A stretch of DNA of 53,141 nucleotides, taken from NCBI GenBank assembly GCA_947489175.1, contig CANLED010000001.1:1-53141 (forward strand). Reading direction: 5' to 3'. Both the position numbers and the translations under genes were made by a program. A model generated the notes under the pieces. That model had not been told where the DNA came from. It ran no database searches and saw only the letters and a list, made by a program, of their open reading frames with translations. Positions 17,721 through 28,203 of this stretch are shown in pieces. This DNA comes from Chitinophagaceae bacterium. GTDB lineage: Bacteria > Bacteroidota > Bacteroidia > Chitinophagales > Chitinophagaceae. How positions within the stretch are numbered: the first letter of the stretch is position 1; every line of letters starts with the position of its first letter.

Positions 17721-19292
17721 TTAATCTTTTAAAGACTTCTTCTCCCAGGGCATAAGATTCATACCATTGGGCCTGTATTCTTCTATCAGTTGATTTGTTT
17801 CTGCTGCATTTTTCTTTTTCGCATTAAAAATTGCTTGTGTTTCACCTGGATTCCAATACCATGGATGATTGATATGGCTATTTTTAATGATGGTTTCCAT
17901 TTGCTTTACCACCTCAGGATAAGCAGCAGCCAAATTTCTTTCGCATGATATATCTTCTTCAATTAAAAATAACTGCAAGGGTTTACCGGGTGCATCTCTT
18001 CTTGCAAACCATGATCCCATTCGTAACGACTGTTCATTGCTTTTAAAGAAATAAAACGGCCTGTTGTAAGGAATAGCAGAAGGCTCATTATTAAGCAATG
18101 ATAACAAACTATATCCATCGATATCATTAGGCTTGGGTTGTTGAGCAACTTCGGCCAATGTAGGAAACAAATCAAGTAACCATACAGGTTGTGTAATTAT
18201 TTTGGGGGCAGTTTGTTTTGGATAATGAATAAAAAACGGAATACGCATACCACCTTCTCTTGCTGAAAATTTTCCGCCATCAAACGGACCTTTGTTATGC
18301 AGGCCTTCATCATCAGGCCAGCTTACATTTCCTGCAGTATCTTTTTTTGTATTGTGCATGGAGTAGCCATTATCTGAAGCGAAAATGATGATGGTATTAT
18401 CATAGAGATTTTTTTGCTTCAACTTAGCTATCAGTTTACCAACTGATTCATCGAGCCGTTGCACCATAGCACCCCATTCTCTTGATAGGATTGGCATTGT
18501 TGTGCTGTTTTTTAAATCACGCAAATCATCCACAATAGCTGGGCCATGGGGCAAATTCGTTGTGAAGTATAAAAAGAAAGGTTTTGACGACTGCTTGTCG
18601 ATAAAACTCAGTAATTTTTCATCAAACAAATCCGAGGCATATTGCCTTGTCGCTGGATCCGGCTTAATCAATTTTCCCTCTTTATTGTACATACTTTCAT
18701 AGTCATATGCCAGAGGGTTATCTTCCTTCGCATAGAGAAACTCCATATCGAACTGGAGATTACCTGTCAAATCTACATCTCTTCCATTCTCATACATCTT
18801 CCAGGGAAAATAAGAATGTGCTTCAAAATGTGACAGATATCCATAATGATAATCGAAGCCCTGGTTCAGTGGAAATCCGGGTGTATTCTTATTACCAAGA
18901 CCCCATTTACCAATGACGGCATTGGTATAACCCGCTTTCTTCAACATCTCTGCAAAAGTATAGGCACTATCGGGCAAATATTCAAATCCCCGTGCACTCG
19001 AGTTATTACGGATAGGGCTTTTGCCAAGATGCATACCTGTAAGCATACAGCCTCTTGATGGTGCACATTCAGGAGCAGCAGTATAAGCCTGCGTAAACCT
19101 TGTTGATACGGAAGCCAGTGCATCTAAGTTGGGCGTTTTATAGTTTGTTTGGCCATAGCAGCTCAAATCCCTGAAGCTTAAATCATCTGAGAAAACGAAG
19201 ACAATATTAGGCAGCTTTGATTTTTGCTGGCCTGACGAATTAAAATATAAACTCGAAAATATAAATCCTAATAAAAGTTTAGTATTTCTCAT
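17721..19292 (-). CDS. S1 sulfatase (Cys-type, S1_20-like)
   Basis: PNIVFVFSDD, CAPSRGCMLTG, GKWGLG, GFDYHYGYLSHFEAHSYFP, ASDNG. Confidence 0.93.
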   Translation of the reverse strand: MRNTKLLLGFIFSSLYFNSSGQQKSKLPNIVFVFSDDLSFRDLSCYGQTNYKTPNLDALASVSTRFTQAYTAAPECAPSRGCMLTGMHLGKSPIRNNSSARGFEYLPDSAYTFAEMLKKAGYTNAVIGKWGLGNKNTPGFPLNQGFDYHYGYLSHFEAHSYFPWKMYENGRDVDLTGNLQFDMEFLYAKEDNPLAYDYESMYNKEGKLIKPDPATRQYASDLFDEKLLSFIDKQSSKPFFLYFTTNLPHGPAIVDDLRDLKNSTTMPILSREWGAMVQRLDESVGKLIAKLKQKNLYDNTIIIFASDNGYSMHNTKKDTAGNVSWPDDEGLHNKGPFDGGKFSAREGGMRIPFFIHYPKQTAPKIITQPVWLLDLFPTLAEVAQQPKPNDIDGYSLLSLLNNEPSAIPYNRPFYFFKSNEQSLRMGSWFARRDAPGKPLQLFLIEEDISCERNLAAAYPEVVKQMETIIKNSHINHPWYWNPGETQAIFNAKKKNAAETNQLIEEYRPNGMNLMPWEKKSLKD

Positions 19293-19333
19293 TTCAATAA
19301 TATTTACTTTTTTATAGCCTATCTTTTCATTGA

Positions 19334-20734
19334 TTAATTGATTCCTTTTTTCAATTTCTGAATCAATGCTGCCAATTCCTTGGCTTTTTCAGGATACTCT
19401 GAAATAAGGCTTGTGGATTCGTTTTTATCCGTTGTTAAATTATATAACTCAGGTGATGAGTTTGCAGGTGCATTTCGTTCACCGCTTCTTACAAGATACT
19501 TCCAATCTCCCAACCGAATACCTGTAATTTCTTTATTTGTACTATATAGAATATACTGTCTTTTTGAACCATCTTTGGACTCCAATACACTTGATATATC
19601 AAAGCCGTCTATTTCTGAAGCCGCCAGCGACACATTTAAATATCCTGCAATTGTTGGAAAAATATCAAGAGAGGATACGAGCTGGTTACTCACCTTACCG
19701 GCAGGTATTACACCCGGCCATTGTACAATACAAGGCATCCTTACACCCCCTTCGTAAGTTGTGAACTTGCCTCCACGGAATGGCAACGCAGATCCTGCAT
19801 CTTCTTTTTTCTCCAGCCAGGGGCCGTTGTCTGAAGTAAATATAACCAACGTATTTTTTTCCAGTTGATTCTTTCTGAGGTAATCTAGAAGCCTGCCTAC
19901 ATTAAAATCTATTTCTTCTACAGCATCTCCATACAAACCACCTTTGCTTTTATTTATAAATTTTTCTGAAGCAAATAGGGGAATATGGGGCATGGCGGGA
20001 GTGATGAACAGGAAAAAAGGATCTTTTTTTGCATTTTTAATAAACTGAATGGCTTTGTCAAAATAACGTTGTGAAAGTGTCGCCTGATTTGCAGGATATT
20101 CGATAATAGAATCATTAAGAAACAATGGTACTTTATCTTTCAAATCAGATCTAGTTATGACTGACCTGTTTTTAAGATTTTGCTGTACAAATAACTGTTC
20201 TGCTTGTGCTTTTTGAATTGTATAATCATTATTAAATTGGATAGCAGCAGAAAATGGTTGGCCGCTACTGATATACATATCATTACTATATGGAATACCA
20301 AAATATTCATCAAAGCCTTGCTGTGTTGGAAGGTATTCTCTGTTATCTCCCAAATGCCACTTTCCATAACATGCTGATTTGTATCCTTTGTCTTTGAGCA
20401 TTTCCGCTATGGTAATTTCAGATGGCGCTAACCCCGTTTGCCCAGGTACCAACACACCACCAACGCCATTTCTTGCAGGTAATCTTCCTGTTAACAGCGA
20501 TGCCCTTGATGGGCTGCATACAGATGATGTTACATAAAAATTGGTAAAACGCATCCCATTTGCCGCCATCCTGTCCAGATTTGGTGTTTTTATATTGGGT
20601 GAATCATAGCAGCCTAGATCATTATAACCTTGGTCATCAGTAAAAATGATGATAATATTTGGCGCTGCTTTATTATTCTGGCCGTATGCAGCACCGAAGA
20701 TGAAACCAAATAAGATACCAATTACTATTTTCAT
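19334..20734 (-). CDS. S1 sulfatase (Cys-type, arylsulfatase A-like)
   Basis: PNIIIIFTDDQG, CSPSRASLLTGR, GKWHLG, GIPYSNDM, TSDNGP. Confidence 0.94.
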   Translation of the reverse strand: MKIVIGILFGFIFGAAYGQNNKAAPNIIIIFTDDQGYNDLGCYDSPNIKTPNLDRMAANGMRFTNFYVTSSVCSPSRASLLTGRLPARNGVGGVLVPGQTGLAPSEITIAEMLKDKGYKSACYGKWHLGDNREYLPTQQGFDEYFGIPYSNDMYISSGQPFSAAIQFNNDYTIQKAQAEQLFVQQNLKNRSVITRSDLKDKVPLFLNDSIIEYPANQATLSQRYFDKAIQFIKNAKKDPFFLFITPAMPHIPLFASEKFINKSKGGLYGDAVEEIDFNVGRLLDYLRKNQLEKNTLVIFTSDNGPWLEKKEDAGSALPFRGGKFTTYEGGVRMPCIVQWPGVIPAGKVSNQLVSSLDIFPTIAGYLNVSLAASEIDGFDISSVLESKDGSKRQYILYSTNKEITGIRLGDWKYLVRSGERNAPANSSPELYNLTTDKNESTSLISEYPEKAKELAALIQKLKKGIN

Positions 20735-20743
20735 TACGCTAAT

Positions 20744-22192
20744 CTATTTGGAAGGTGAACCTGCAAAAAAACAAGCCGATTTCAATGAAGCTCCTTCTAT
20801 ATTTCCAATAGGAAGAATCATTATATCCTGAAAGCCTTTGGCATTGTTCAAACACACTTCAATACGACCATTTTCTTTTACAGGCAATGTTGCCAGTAAT
20901 ATCCCCTGTTTTGTCTTAACCTGTAACACAAAAGGCGCTGTTACCTTTGTTACTTCGACAGAAAAATAATAGTACCCTGTTCCTAATGGAATATTTGGAT
21001 AAATAAGTGCTTTATTTACAGTTAATTCAACCGGATTTTTCAGCAATTCAATTTTGAATGGTTGTTTGATAATTACTTCTTCAACTCCCTCAATTGTTTG
21101 CTGCACAGGCACAATACTACCATCTGCATTATAGGTTAATTTGTCTATGCAAACGGAGCGTTGCGTCCATGTACCCATGTTATTAAATTCATCTTGCCGC
21201 CAGGACGAAAGTGCAGACGTGTGATAAAATAAATAATCATGGCCATGAAACTCAGCAATACCCACATGATTGCTTTGTGTTAACCTCCACGGTACAATAT
21301 TTTTTCCCGGTAGTTTGGGGCCGTTATTAACGTTAACTCCTAACTCATAATTTACAATACCTCCATATTGATAAGGTCCATTAATATTATCAGCATATGA
21401 ATACGCAATTTCAGATTTTTCACGAATTAGGTCATCAGGGTTCTCTTTGTCGATTTTGTTACCATACCGGGTATGATATGAGATATAATACTTACCATTT
21501 CTTTTGTGCATCCAAATGGCTTCCATAAACCGCTCTGTGCCTAAATCTAACTCAACCGGCTTTGTTTCCAGTTCCATCATATTATCCTTGAGCTTTCCCA
21601 TTTTATGATGCCCCCACAACAAATACACACTACCATCATCATCCGAAAACACAGCAGGGTCAATTCCTGATGTACCCTCAATTTTTGACTTTAATACTTT
21701 GAAATGTTTATCTGGAGCATCACTTACGGCAACACCTATGTAAGAAGTAACTACCCTTCCTTCTTTACCATTAGACCTTACAGAATCAGTGTGATGAATC
21801 CAAATTGGAAAATATAAATAGTACTTTCCATTTCTGTAAACCATATCGGGTGCCCATAAAGCCCAGTCCTGCTTTTTCACATCTCTAGGCATTACATCCT
21901 CAATATTAAATACTTCTCCATGATCTTTCCATGTTTTCATGTCAGCTGATGAAAAAGTATGATACCTGTGCATGGTTGGATAACCTCCCCCATCTTCACT
22001 GTCAACAGATGTTACCATCCACATTCTTCCATCGGGCATCACGTGAGGCGACGCATCGGCAGTATACATATGTTTTATTACAGGATTGCCATATGGATAT
22101 GGTTTTGAATTAATGTTTTTCTTTTGAGCAAATGAAATAATTAAAAAAAAACATGATAAAATTGAGAGTGATGAATAACGAAAAAGCTTCAC
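20744..22192 (-). CDS. GH43 glycoside hydrolase with a short CBM6-like C-terminal domain
   Basis: YTADASPHV, LWAPD, IDPAVF, FMEAIW, RSVCIDKL. GTG at 22192 gives a clean signal peptide (MKLFRYSS...SFAQ); the ORF is open to ATG 22291. Confidence 0.88.
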   Translation of the reverse strand: MKLFRYSSLSILSCFFLIISFAQKKNINSKPYPYGNPVIKHMYTADASPHVMPDGRMWMVTSVDSEDGGGYPTMHRYHTFSSADMKTWKDHGEVFNIEDVMPRDVKKQDWALWAPDMVYRNGKYYLYFPIWIHHTDSVRSNGKEGRVVTSYIGVAVSDAPDKHFKVLKSKIEGTSGIDPAVFSDDDGSVYLLWGHHKMGKLKDNMMELETKPVELDLGTERFMEAIWMHKRNGKYYISYHTRYGNKIDKENPDDLIREKSEIAYSYADNINGPYQYGGIVNYELGVNVNNGPKLPGKNIVPWRLTQSNHVGIAEFHGHDYLFYHTSALSSWRQDEFNNMGTWTQRSVCIDKLTYNADGSIVPVQQTIEGVEEVIIKQPFKIELLKNPVELTVNKALIYPNIPLGTGYYYFSVEVTKVTAPFVLQVKTKQGILLATLPVKENGRIEVCLNNAKGFQDIMILPIGNIEGASLKSACFFAGSPSK

Positions 22193-22344
22193 AAGAGTTA
22201 TACGCAAGTGAAATAACACAGTGATACAATATTCTATTTCAATTGTAATCTCGTTTACTTTTAGTAGTAAGATTGAAAATATTTTTCTCATTTTAGTGTC
22301 CCATTATTTTTTATAATTATTATTTTTTCATTTGTCAAATTGTA

Positions 22345-24201
22345 TTAATATCCATCCCCTGTATTTACTTTTAATTTAGTTGGTTCATTCGATGGATATT
22401 TTTCTTTCATCCAATCTTTACTCCATAGACTTTTGTTGATTTCTTTTACTGTATCCTTATCTAACTTGATTACTTTTCTATCGTACGTATAGAATCCGTT
22501 CATTTCATTTTCTACATCTGTCCATTGCGTATAAACTGCAGCACTCAATCCTTCTGCTGCATAACCTTGCAATTGTTTGAAGAAACGTACATATTCTGCA
22601 GTAGCTGAATCTTTGTCTTTGTAATTAAAATGTACCCATGGGCCATCAATGTCCCAAATATGATTTTTGATATTATAACCAATTGCTCCAAACTCACCAT
22701 TAACAATAGCTCTTTTGTTACTACCTAAAGGAATGGTTGGAGGTCGGTAGTGATGATTGCTTTTAATATGCCCCACTTCATAATCTATATCGGGCTTACC
22801 GGCATCAATGCCGGTATTACCTGTAACTAACCTTGTAGGGTCTAAGTCCATTACCATTTTTGTGATTCGTTCCACATCATAAATGCCCCAATGTTCATTG
22901 AATACGATCCAGTTTACAATACTTGGATGGTTCCAATGCTGCTTTACCATTTGTTGCAATTCAGATTCCCATTGGATTTTCTCGGCTTCTGTACGCACTT
23001 TAAAGGTTGAAGGCATATCCTGCCAAACCAAGAGACCCATTTTGTCGCACCAATAATACCATCGGGCTGGTTCAACTTTAATATGCTTACGAATCATATT
23101 GAATCCCAAATCTTTTGCGCCGACAACATCCCAAGCCAAAGCTTCATCTGATGGCGCTGTATAAATACCATCAGGCCAATAACCCTGGTCTAAGGGGCCC
23201 ATCATAAAAAAGTATTCTCCATTTAAAACTATTCTTTGTAAATTTTTATAGGGCTTAATACCAACGCTACGCATTCCAAAATAACTTGTTACAACATCTG
23301 CTTTGCCTGCACTATCTGTTAAAGTAATTTTCAAATCATATAAGAATGGAGATGATGGGCTCCACAACTTTGGGTTTTTCAGCGACACATAAATGGGTTC
23401 ATTAATAACCCCCACTGAAGATGCTATTTCGTTACCACTATCAAAAGCTGATACTTCAATTTTTGTTTTTGATTGAAACGAAGAAGGATTGACGACTACG
23501 GTGAGGACTTCAGTGGCTGCATCAGCAACTAACTTAATATCGCGAACAGATAATTTTGGAACAGGCTCCAACCATACAGTTTGCCATATACCGCTATTAG
23601 GGCAATAAGAATACCGATGAGATTCTTTAAAACGTGAATTTTCCTGTTTTCCTACGGCAATTCCCTCATCGCTACCCGGATCATAAACAAAGACAACAAG
23701 TTCATTATTACCATCACGGTTAACAAAATCGGTTATGTCAAAACTAAATGCATCAAAACCGCCACGATGTGAACCCACTGCTGTTCCATTTACATAAACT
23801 GTGGCCTCCCAATCAACAGCTCCAAAATTTAAACGTATGTTTTGATTACTCCAATCAGCTGGTATTTCAAATGTTCTTCTATACCATGCTCTTTGTGACT
23901 CAAATTGATTGCGGATGCCGCTTAATGCACTCTCCCATGCAAAGGGTACCAAAATTGTATTTCCCATTTTTTTCGGTAACGGCATCTTGTCACCTGCTCT
24001 GTAAGGTTTAAAATCCCATAGACCATTCAGATTCAACCATTTTTCCCGAACCAACTGTGGCCTTGGGTATTCGGGTAATACAGCAGAAGGAGTCACTTTT
24101 TCAGCCCACGGGGTTTGCAATGGCACATCAGCCATTTTCCATTGTTGGGCAAATGAGGAAAACGACAAAATTAAACCAATAAAGAATAAATTTTTTTGCA
24201 T
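22345..24201 (-). CDS. GH2 glycoside hydrolase (beta-galactosidase/galactofuranosidase/arabinosidase-type subgroup)
   Basis: EYPRPQL, LNFGAVDW, RKHIKVEP, WIVFNEHWG, NGEFG, YTQWTDVENE. ATG at 24201; TTG at 24216 is the alternative start. Confidence 0.92.
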   Translation of the reverse strand: MQKNLFFIGLILSFSSFAQQWKMADVPLQTPWAEKVTPSAVLPEYPRPQLVREKWLNLNGLWDFKPYRAGDKMPLPKKMGNTILVPFAWESALSGIRNQFESQRAWYRRTFEIPADWSNQNIRLNFGAVDWEATVYVNGTAVGSHRGGFDAFSFDITDFVNRDGNNELVVFVYDPGSDEGIAVGKQENSRFKESHRYSYCPNSGIWQTVWLEPVPKLSVRDIKLVADAATEVLTVVVNPSSFQSKTKIEVSAFDSGNEIASSVGVINEPIYVSLKNPKLWSPSSPFLYDLKITLTDSAGKADVVTSYFGMRSVGIKPYKNLQRIVLNGEYFFMMGPLDQGYWPDGIYTAPSDEALAWDVVGAKDLGFNMIRKHIKVEPARWYYWCDKMGLLVWQDMPSTFKVRTEAEKIQWESELQQMVKQHWNHPSIVNWIVFNEHWGIYDVERITKMVMDLDPTRLVTGNTGIDAGKPDIDYEVGHIKSNHHYRPPTIPLGSNKRAIVNGEFGAIGYNIKNHIWDIDGPWVHFNYKDKDSATAEYVRFFKQLQGYAAEGLSAAVYTQWTDVENEMNGFYTYDRKVIKLDKDTVKEINKSLWSKDWMKEKYPSNEPTKLKVNTGDGY

Positions 24202-24365
24202 TCTAATTTTTTTCAAAGGATATGGGAGTTTAATACATGTTCATTCTCAAGAGGATTTTCAAGCGCATAATTTTCTAAATTTTTCCTGTAACAAAAATGT
24301 CTCCTTTATACTTTGTGCATACACACCAGTATTAAGATGAAAGAAAATGGACATTATGATGCTTC

Positions 24366-25754
24366 TCATTGACATTCAATTGTAATTCCAGCCGGTTCAA
24401 TACCAGTGAGAATTATATCATTTAATGAAAAACATTTTGATCCAATTATTACATTCTTAAAAATAATTTCAGATGTTTTTGCTGTAATGCTGCTTTCGAT
24501 ATAACTCAATTGCGCCTGTATTCCATTTACAATTATATTTTGAAGTACTAGGTTTTTTACCCCCCCTGTTTTATCATTACCAACACCAATCACCTGATAT
24601 ATACCCTGGTCTGCACGGATATTTTTAATTGTAATGTTGCCGATAAATTTGTCACTCCCTTTACGCAGATTTAATAGGGCTGAATTTCCTGTACCTCCTT
24701 TTTTATTCACCCAACACTTTACGATGTCAATATTGTCAGCAAGGCAGTTTTGCCCACTTTGTCCTCCCCAGCTTAATTGAAACGGGGCTCCATTGTGCTG
24801 CTGATAGATGACCAAGTTTGTTGCCTTTTGCCTGTTTGCATACAGCTTTACATTGTCGTCAAATACTTTTATAAAACTATCATCAATAAACGAATCATCG
24901 CCGCCACCCCATCCATCAGTTTGATGATACCAAGCAAATAGTTTTACATTTTTTGTTTCTACTTTACTTCTGCCTAATATACAGAATTTAACAGGGTCGG
25001 TAATTGTGATGCCATCTGTAACCATATCTGTTTTTTCAGCATAAACTGTTGTAAACGGAATATTGGTTGGTCCAGGTTTGCGTTCGTCACTTCTTGTTGT
25101 AATCACACCTTTCCCTTTTACAATGGTTGGCTTATTCCCATCCTGGCACCAAAATGTACCCCATACGACTGCACCACCTTCAATATAAACGGTCTTGCCA
25201 TTGGGCACTTTGTATTGTAAGCCGACATTGTGTACTTTGCCACCTTCAAACCAAATAACATTTTTATCTTTTGTTGATGGAATGTTTTTTTCAAATTCAT
25301 CTGCAAATAAAAACAACGGATGCTCTTCCATACCTACTATATCAACAAACAACTTTACAGGTTTTGTGATACTGAATCGCAGTTCATTTTTGTTAACTAA
25401 AGGTTGAATCTGATGTTTTGCCGGATACACTTTGACTCCCGAAATATCACCATCTAATCTTGTTATACATACTTCAACCGTGCCATTACATTCAAAAGTT
25501 GTCCAGTGATTGAAATCTGAAAGCTGCTCCGGCTTTTCAAAATTAGTTTTACTGGTGTAAACAAAGCTTTCAACTGCTTTACCGTTTTGAATAACCTGCA
25601 CTTTAAATACTGAAGATTGAAGATTCAATCCGCTTTTATTACCAGGGTCGGGGTTGGGATATACTTTTATCTGAGCAGTAATGCTGCAATAATAAAAACA
25701 AAAGGCAAAAAACAAAAACCATGTTTTGTTTTTTATGTTTGATATTCGATTCAT
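24366..25754 (-). CDS. GH49-like parallel beta-helix glycoside hydrolase
   Basis: TVYIEGGAVVWG and WYHQTDG...KVFDDNVKLY...QQHNGAPFQLSW. Paralog of 6950..8326. The ORF is open to 25784. Confidence 0.78.
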   Translation of the reverse strand: MNRISNIKNKTWFLFFAFCFYYCSITAQIKVYPNPDPGNKSGLNLQSSVFKVQVIQNGKAVESFVYTSKTNFEKPEQLSDFNHWTTFECNGTVEVCITRLDGDISGVKVYPAKHQIQPLVNKNELRFSITKPVKLFVDIVGMEEHPLFLFADEFEKNIPSTKDKNVIWFEGGKVHNVGLQYKVPNGKTVYIEGGAVVWGTFWCQDGNKPTIVKGKGVITTRSDERKPGPTNIPFTTVYAEKTDMVTDGITITDPVKFCILGRSKVETKNVKLFAWYHQTDGWGGGDDSFIDDSFIKVFDDNVKLYANRQKATNLVIYQQHNGAPFQLSWGGQSGQNCLADNIDIVKCWVNKKGGTGNSALLNLRKGSDKFIGNITIKNIRADQGIYQVIGVGNDKTGGVKNLVLQNIIVNGIQAQLSYIESSITAKTSEIIFKNVIIGSKCFSLNDIILTGIEPAGITIECQ

Positions 25755-25770
25755 AGTATGTTTATAAATA

Positions 25771-27222
25771 TCAGTCTCCTCCACTTTTGCTTCTAGCTAT
25801 CTCAGGTTTATTTGTTTTAGGAAGATATTTGCGGAGTTCCTTTATAATTTCTTTACTTCCGGTCGCATTGGCAATATTATTCCATTCATAAGGGTCTTTT
25901 TCTTCATCATACAATTCCTCACCACCTCCTGCATATGAAATATAGCGGTACTTTTTTGTACGCACTGCATGATTATTAAATCCATGGGTCGTAACCGCTG
26001 GCACATTCCATACAGCATTTACATTTTGCAACAACGGAATTATGCTTATCCCCTCTACATGTTTAGGAACACTAAAACCACATAGTTTTGACAGTGTTGG
26101 ATAGATACTCATAAAGTCAACCGGTGTTCTGCATACTGTACCTGCTTGGGTAACACCCGGCACTCTAAAAATTAAAGGTGCTCTTGTGGCTTCTTCCCAC
26201 AATGAAAATTTACGCCAATGATTTTTTTCATTTAAATGCCAGCCATGGTCGCCCCAAAGTACAACAATGGTATTATTTTTATATTCACTTTTATCAAGTG
26301 CGTCAATTATCTTTCCAATCATTGCATCGGCATAAGCAATACAAGCCATATAGGCACGGATAGCTTTTTTCCACTCCAGCTCAGGATTAGCAGTTTCCAT
26401 TAATGCTTTCCAATCTCCAAGAGACAATGCCATTTTCCTGCCTTCTTCAGGCATGTCATCCAAATCATCTTTTTTATAAGGCGGTAGCTGAATCGTTTCT
26501 AAAGGAAATAAGTCATAATACTTTTGAGGAACATTCCATGGCATATGTGGCCTGAAAATTCCGGGTGAAAGAAAGAATGGCTTATCATGCTTTTTGCTGA
26601 GTTCACCAACTGCCCATTCAGCAACATGGTAATCCTTTAAATCATCGTCACCACCTTTCATCATTCCCCATCTGATACCACCGAATGAACCTTTCTCATT
26701 TACACCGCCACCACCATCTTTTCCACCACGATAATAAAAATCAAACTCAGTATCTCTGTCAAAACCACCGTGATAAATTTTACCGCCACCCAGCACCTCA
26801 TATCCTTTTGTTTTAAAGAAGGTTGGCATGGTTTCTTGTTCAGGTATTACCGTTCTCCAATCATTACTGTTACCATAAACGCCTGTTGAGGAAGGACGTT
26901 TGCCACTCAATAATGCTGCTCTTGAAGGGCAGCATATAGGTGCAGCACAATGAGCACTTGAAAATAAAACACCACTTTGGGCCAACTTATCAATATTGGG
27001 CGTTTTTACCTGGTTATTTCTTCCCAATACACCAATCCAATGATTTAAATCATCTACAGGGATAAATAAAATATTATAAGGGTTACCATAAGATGTAACT
27101 CCTTTAGTTGCAGATTGTCCGTCGTTTGCTGTATCAGTTTGGGCTGATACTTTTTTTATATTAAGAGATGCATATCCTACTATTGCCAATACACCCAGTA
27201 CAATTGCTAGTTTCTTTGTCAT
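25771..27222 (-). CDS. S1 sulfatase (Cys-type, iduronate-2-sulfatase-like, S1_7-like)
   Basis: NILFIPVDDL, CCPSRAALLSGKRP, GKIYH, RPHMPW, WGDHGWHL, KFSLWEE. Confidence 0.93.
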   Translation of the reverse strand: MTKKLAIVLGVLAIVGYASLNIKKVSAQTDTANDGQSATKGVTSYGNPYNILFIPVDDLNHWIGVLGRNNQVKTPNIDKLAQSGVLFSSAHCAAPICCPSRAALLSGKRPSSTGVYGNSNDWRTVIPEQETMPTFFKTKGYEVLGGGKIYHGGFDRDTEFDFYYRGGKDGGGGVNEKGSFGGIRWGMMKGGDDDLKDYHVAEWAVGELSKKHDKPFFLSPGIFRPHMPWNVPQKYYDLFPLETIQLPPYKKDDLDDMPEEGRKMALSLGDWKALMETANPELEWKKAIRAYMACIAYADAMIGKIIDALDKSEYKNNTIVVLWGDHGWHLNEKNHWRKFSLWEEATRAPLIFRVPGVTQAGTVCRTPVDFMSIYPTLSKLCGFSVPKHVEGISIIPLLQNVNAVWNVPAVTTHGFNNHAVRTKKYRYISYAGGGEELYDEEKDPYEWNNIANATGSKEIIKELRKYLPKTNKPEIARSKSGGD

Positions 27223-27224
27223 AT

Positions 27225-28187
27225 CTACTCAGCTTTTTTCCTTTTAATAGCTTTTTCAACTGCCTTTAGTATATGATCAGTATCTAAACCGTATTTTTCC
27301 ATAAGTTGTTTAGGAGTTCCGCTTTCCCCGAAACTGTCATCAACAGCAATATATTCTTGTGGGAGTGGATTATATTTTATTAATAACTGCGCCACACTAT
27401 CTCCTAAGCCTCCAATCCTGTTATGCTCTTCGCAAGTAACAATACAACTAGTTTTTGAAACCGATGTAAGAATCGCTTCTTCATCCAATGGTTTAATGGT
27501 ATGAATATTGATTAACTCCGCATTGATACCCATTTCGGCCAATTGATTACATGCCTGCACCGCTTCCCATACTAAATGACCTGTAGCAATGATGGTAACA
27601 TCTGTTCCCTCATTCATCAACCATGCTTTACCAATTTCAAATGTTTGTTCTGCATCAGTAAACACAGGAACTACTGGACGGCCAAAACGCAAATACACCG
27701 GGCCCTCATAATTTGCTGCTGCTATCGTTGCAGCTTTTGTCTGATTGTAATCACATGGATTAATCACTGTCATACCAGGCAACATTTTCATTAATCCAAT
27801 ATCTTCCAATATCTGATGCGTTGCACCATCTTCTCCTAATGTTAACCCTGCATGCGATACAGCAATTTTTACATTTTTATCACTGTAGGCTACTGATTGC
27901 CGTATTTGGTCGTATACTCTTCCAGAACCAAAATTTGCAAATGTGGTTGCAAATGGAATATGTCCTGCAATAGACAATCCGGCTGCAATCCCAATCATGT
28001 TTGCCTCGGCTATACCGCATTGAACAAACCGATCTGGATTTTCTTTGATGAATGTGTCAATTTTAAGTGACCCTACCAAATCTGCACATAATGCAATAAC
28101 ATTCGGATTGGTTCTTCCCAATTCTGTCATAGCTGCTCCAAAACCGGATCGAGTATCCTTTTTTTCTGTGTATGTATATTCTTTCAT
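27225..28187 (-). CDS. tkt: Transketolase, C-terminal subunit
   Basis: GIAEANM, GEDGATHQ, GPVYLRFGR, TIKPLD. ATG at 28187; the ORF is open to 28214. Confidence 0.95.
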   Translation of the reverse strand: MKEYTYTEKKDTRSGFGAAMTELGRTNPNVIALCADLVGSLKIDTFIKENPDRFVQCGIAEANMIGIAAGLSIAGHIPFATTFANFGSGRVYDQIRQSVAYSDKNVKIAVSHAGLTLGEDGATHQILEDIGLMKMLPGMTVINPCDYNQTKAATIAAANYEGPVYLRFGRPVVPVFTDAEQTFEIGKAWLMNEGTDVTIIATGHLVWEAVQACNQLAEMGINAELINIHTIKPLDEEAILTSVSKTSCIVTCEEHNRIGGLGDSVAQLLIKYNPLPQEYIAVDDSFGESGTPKQLMEKYGLDTDHILKAVEKAIKRKKAE

Positions 28188-28203
28188 TAGTAGTTTTCTG
28201 TGT

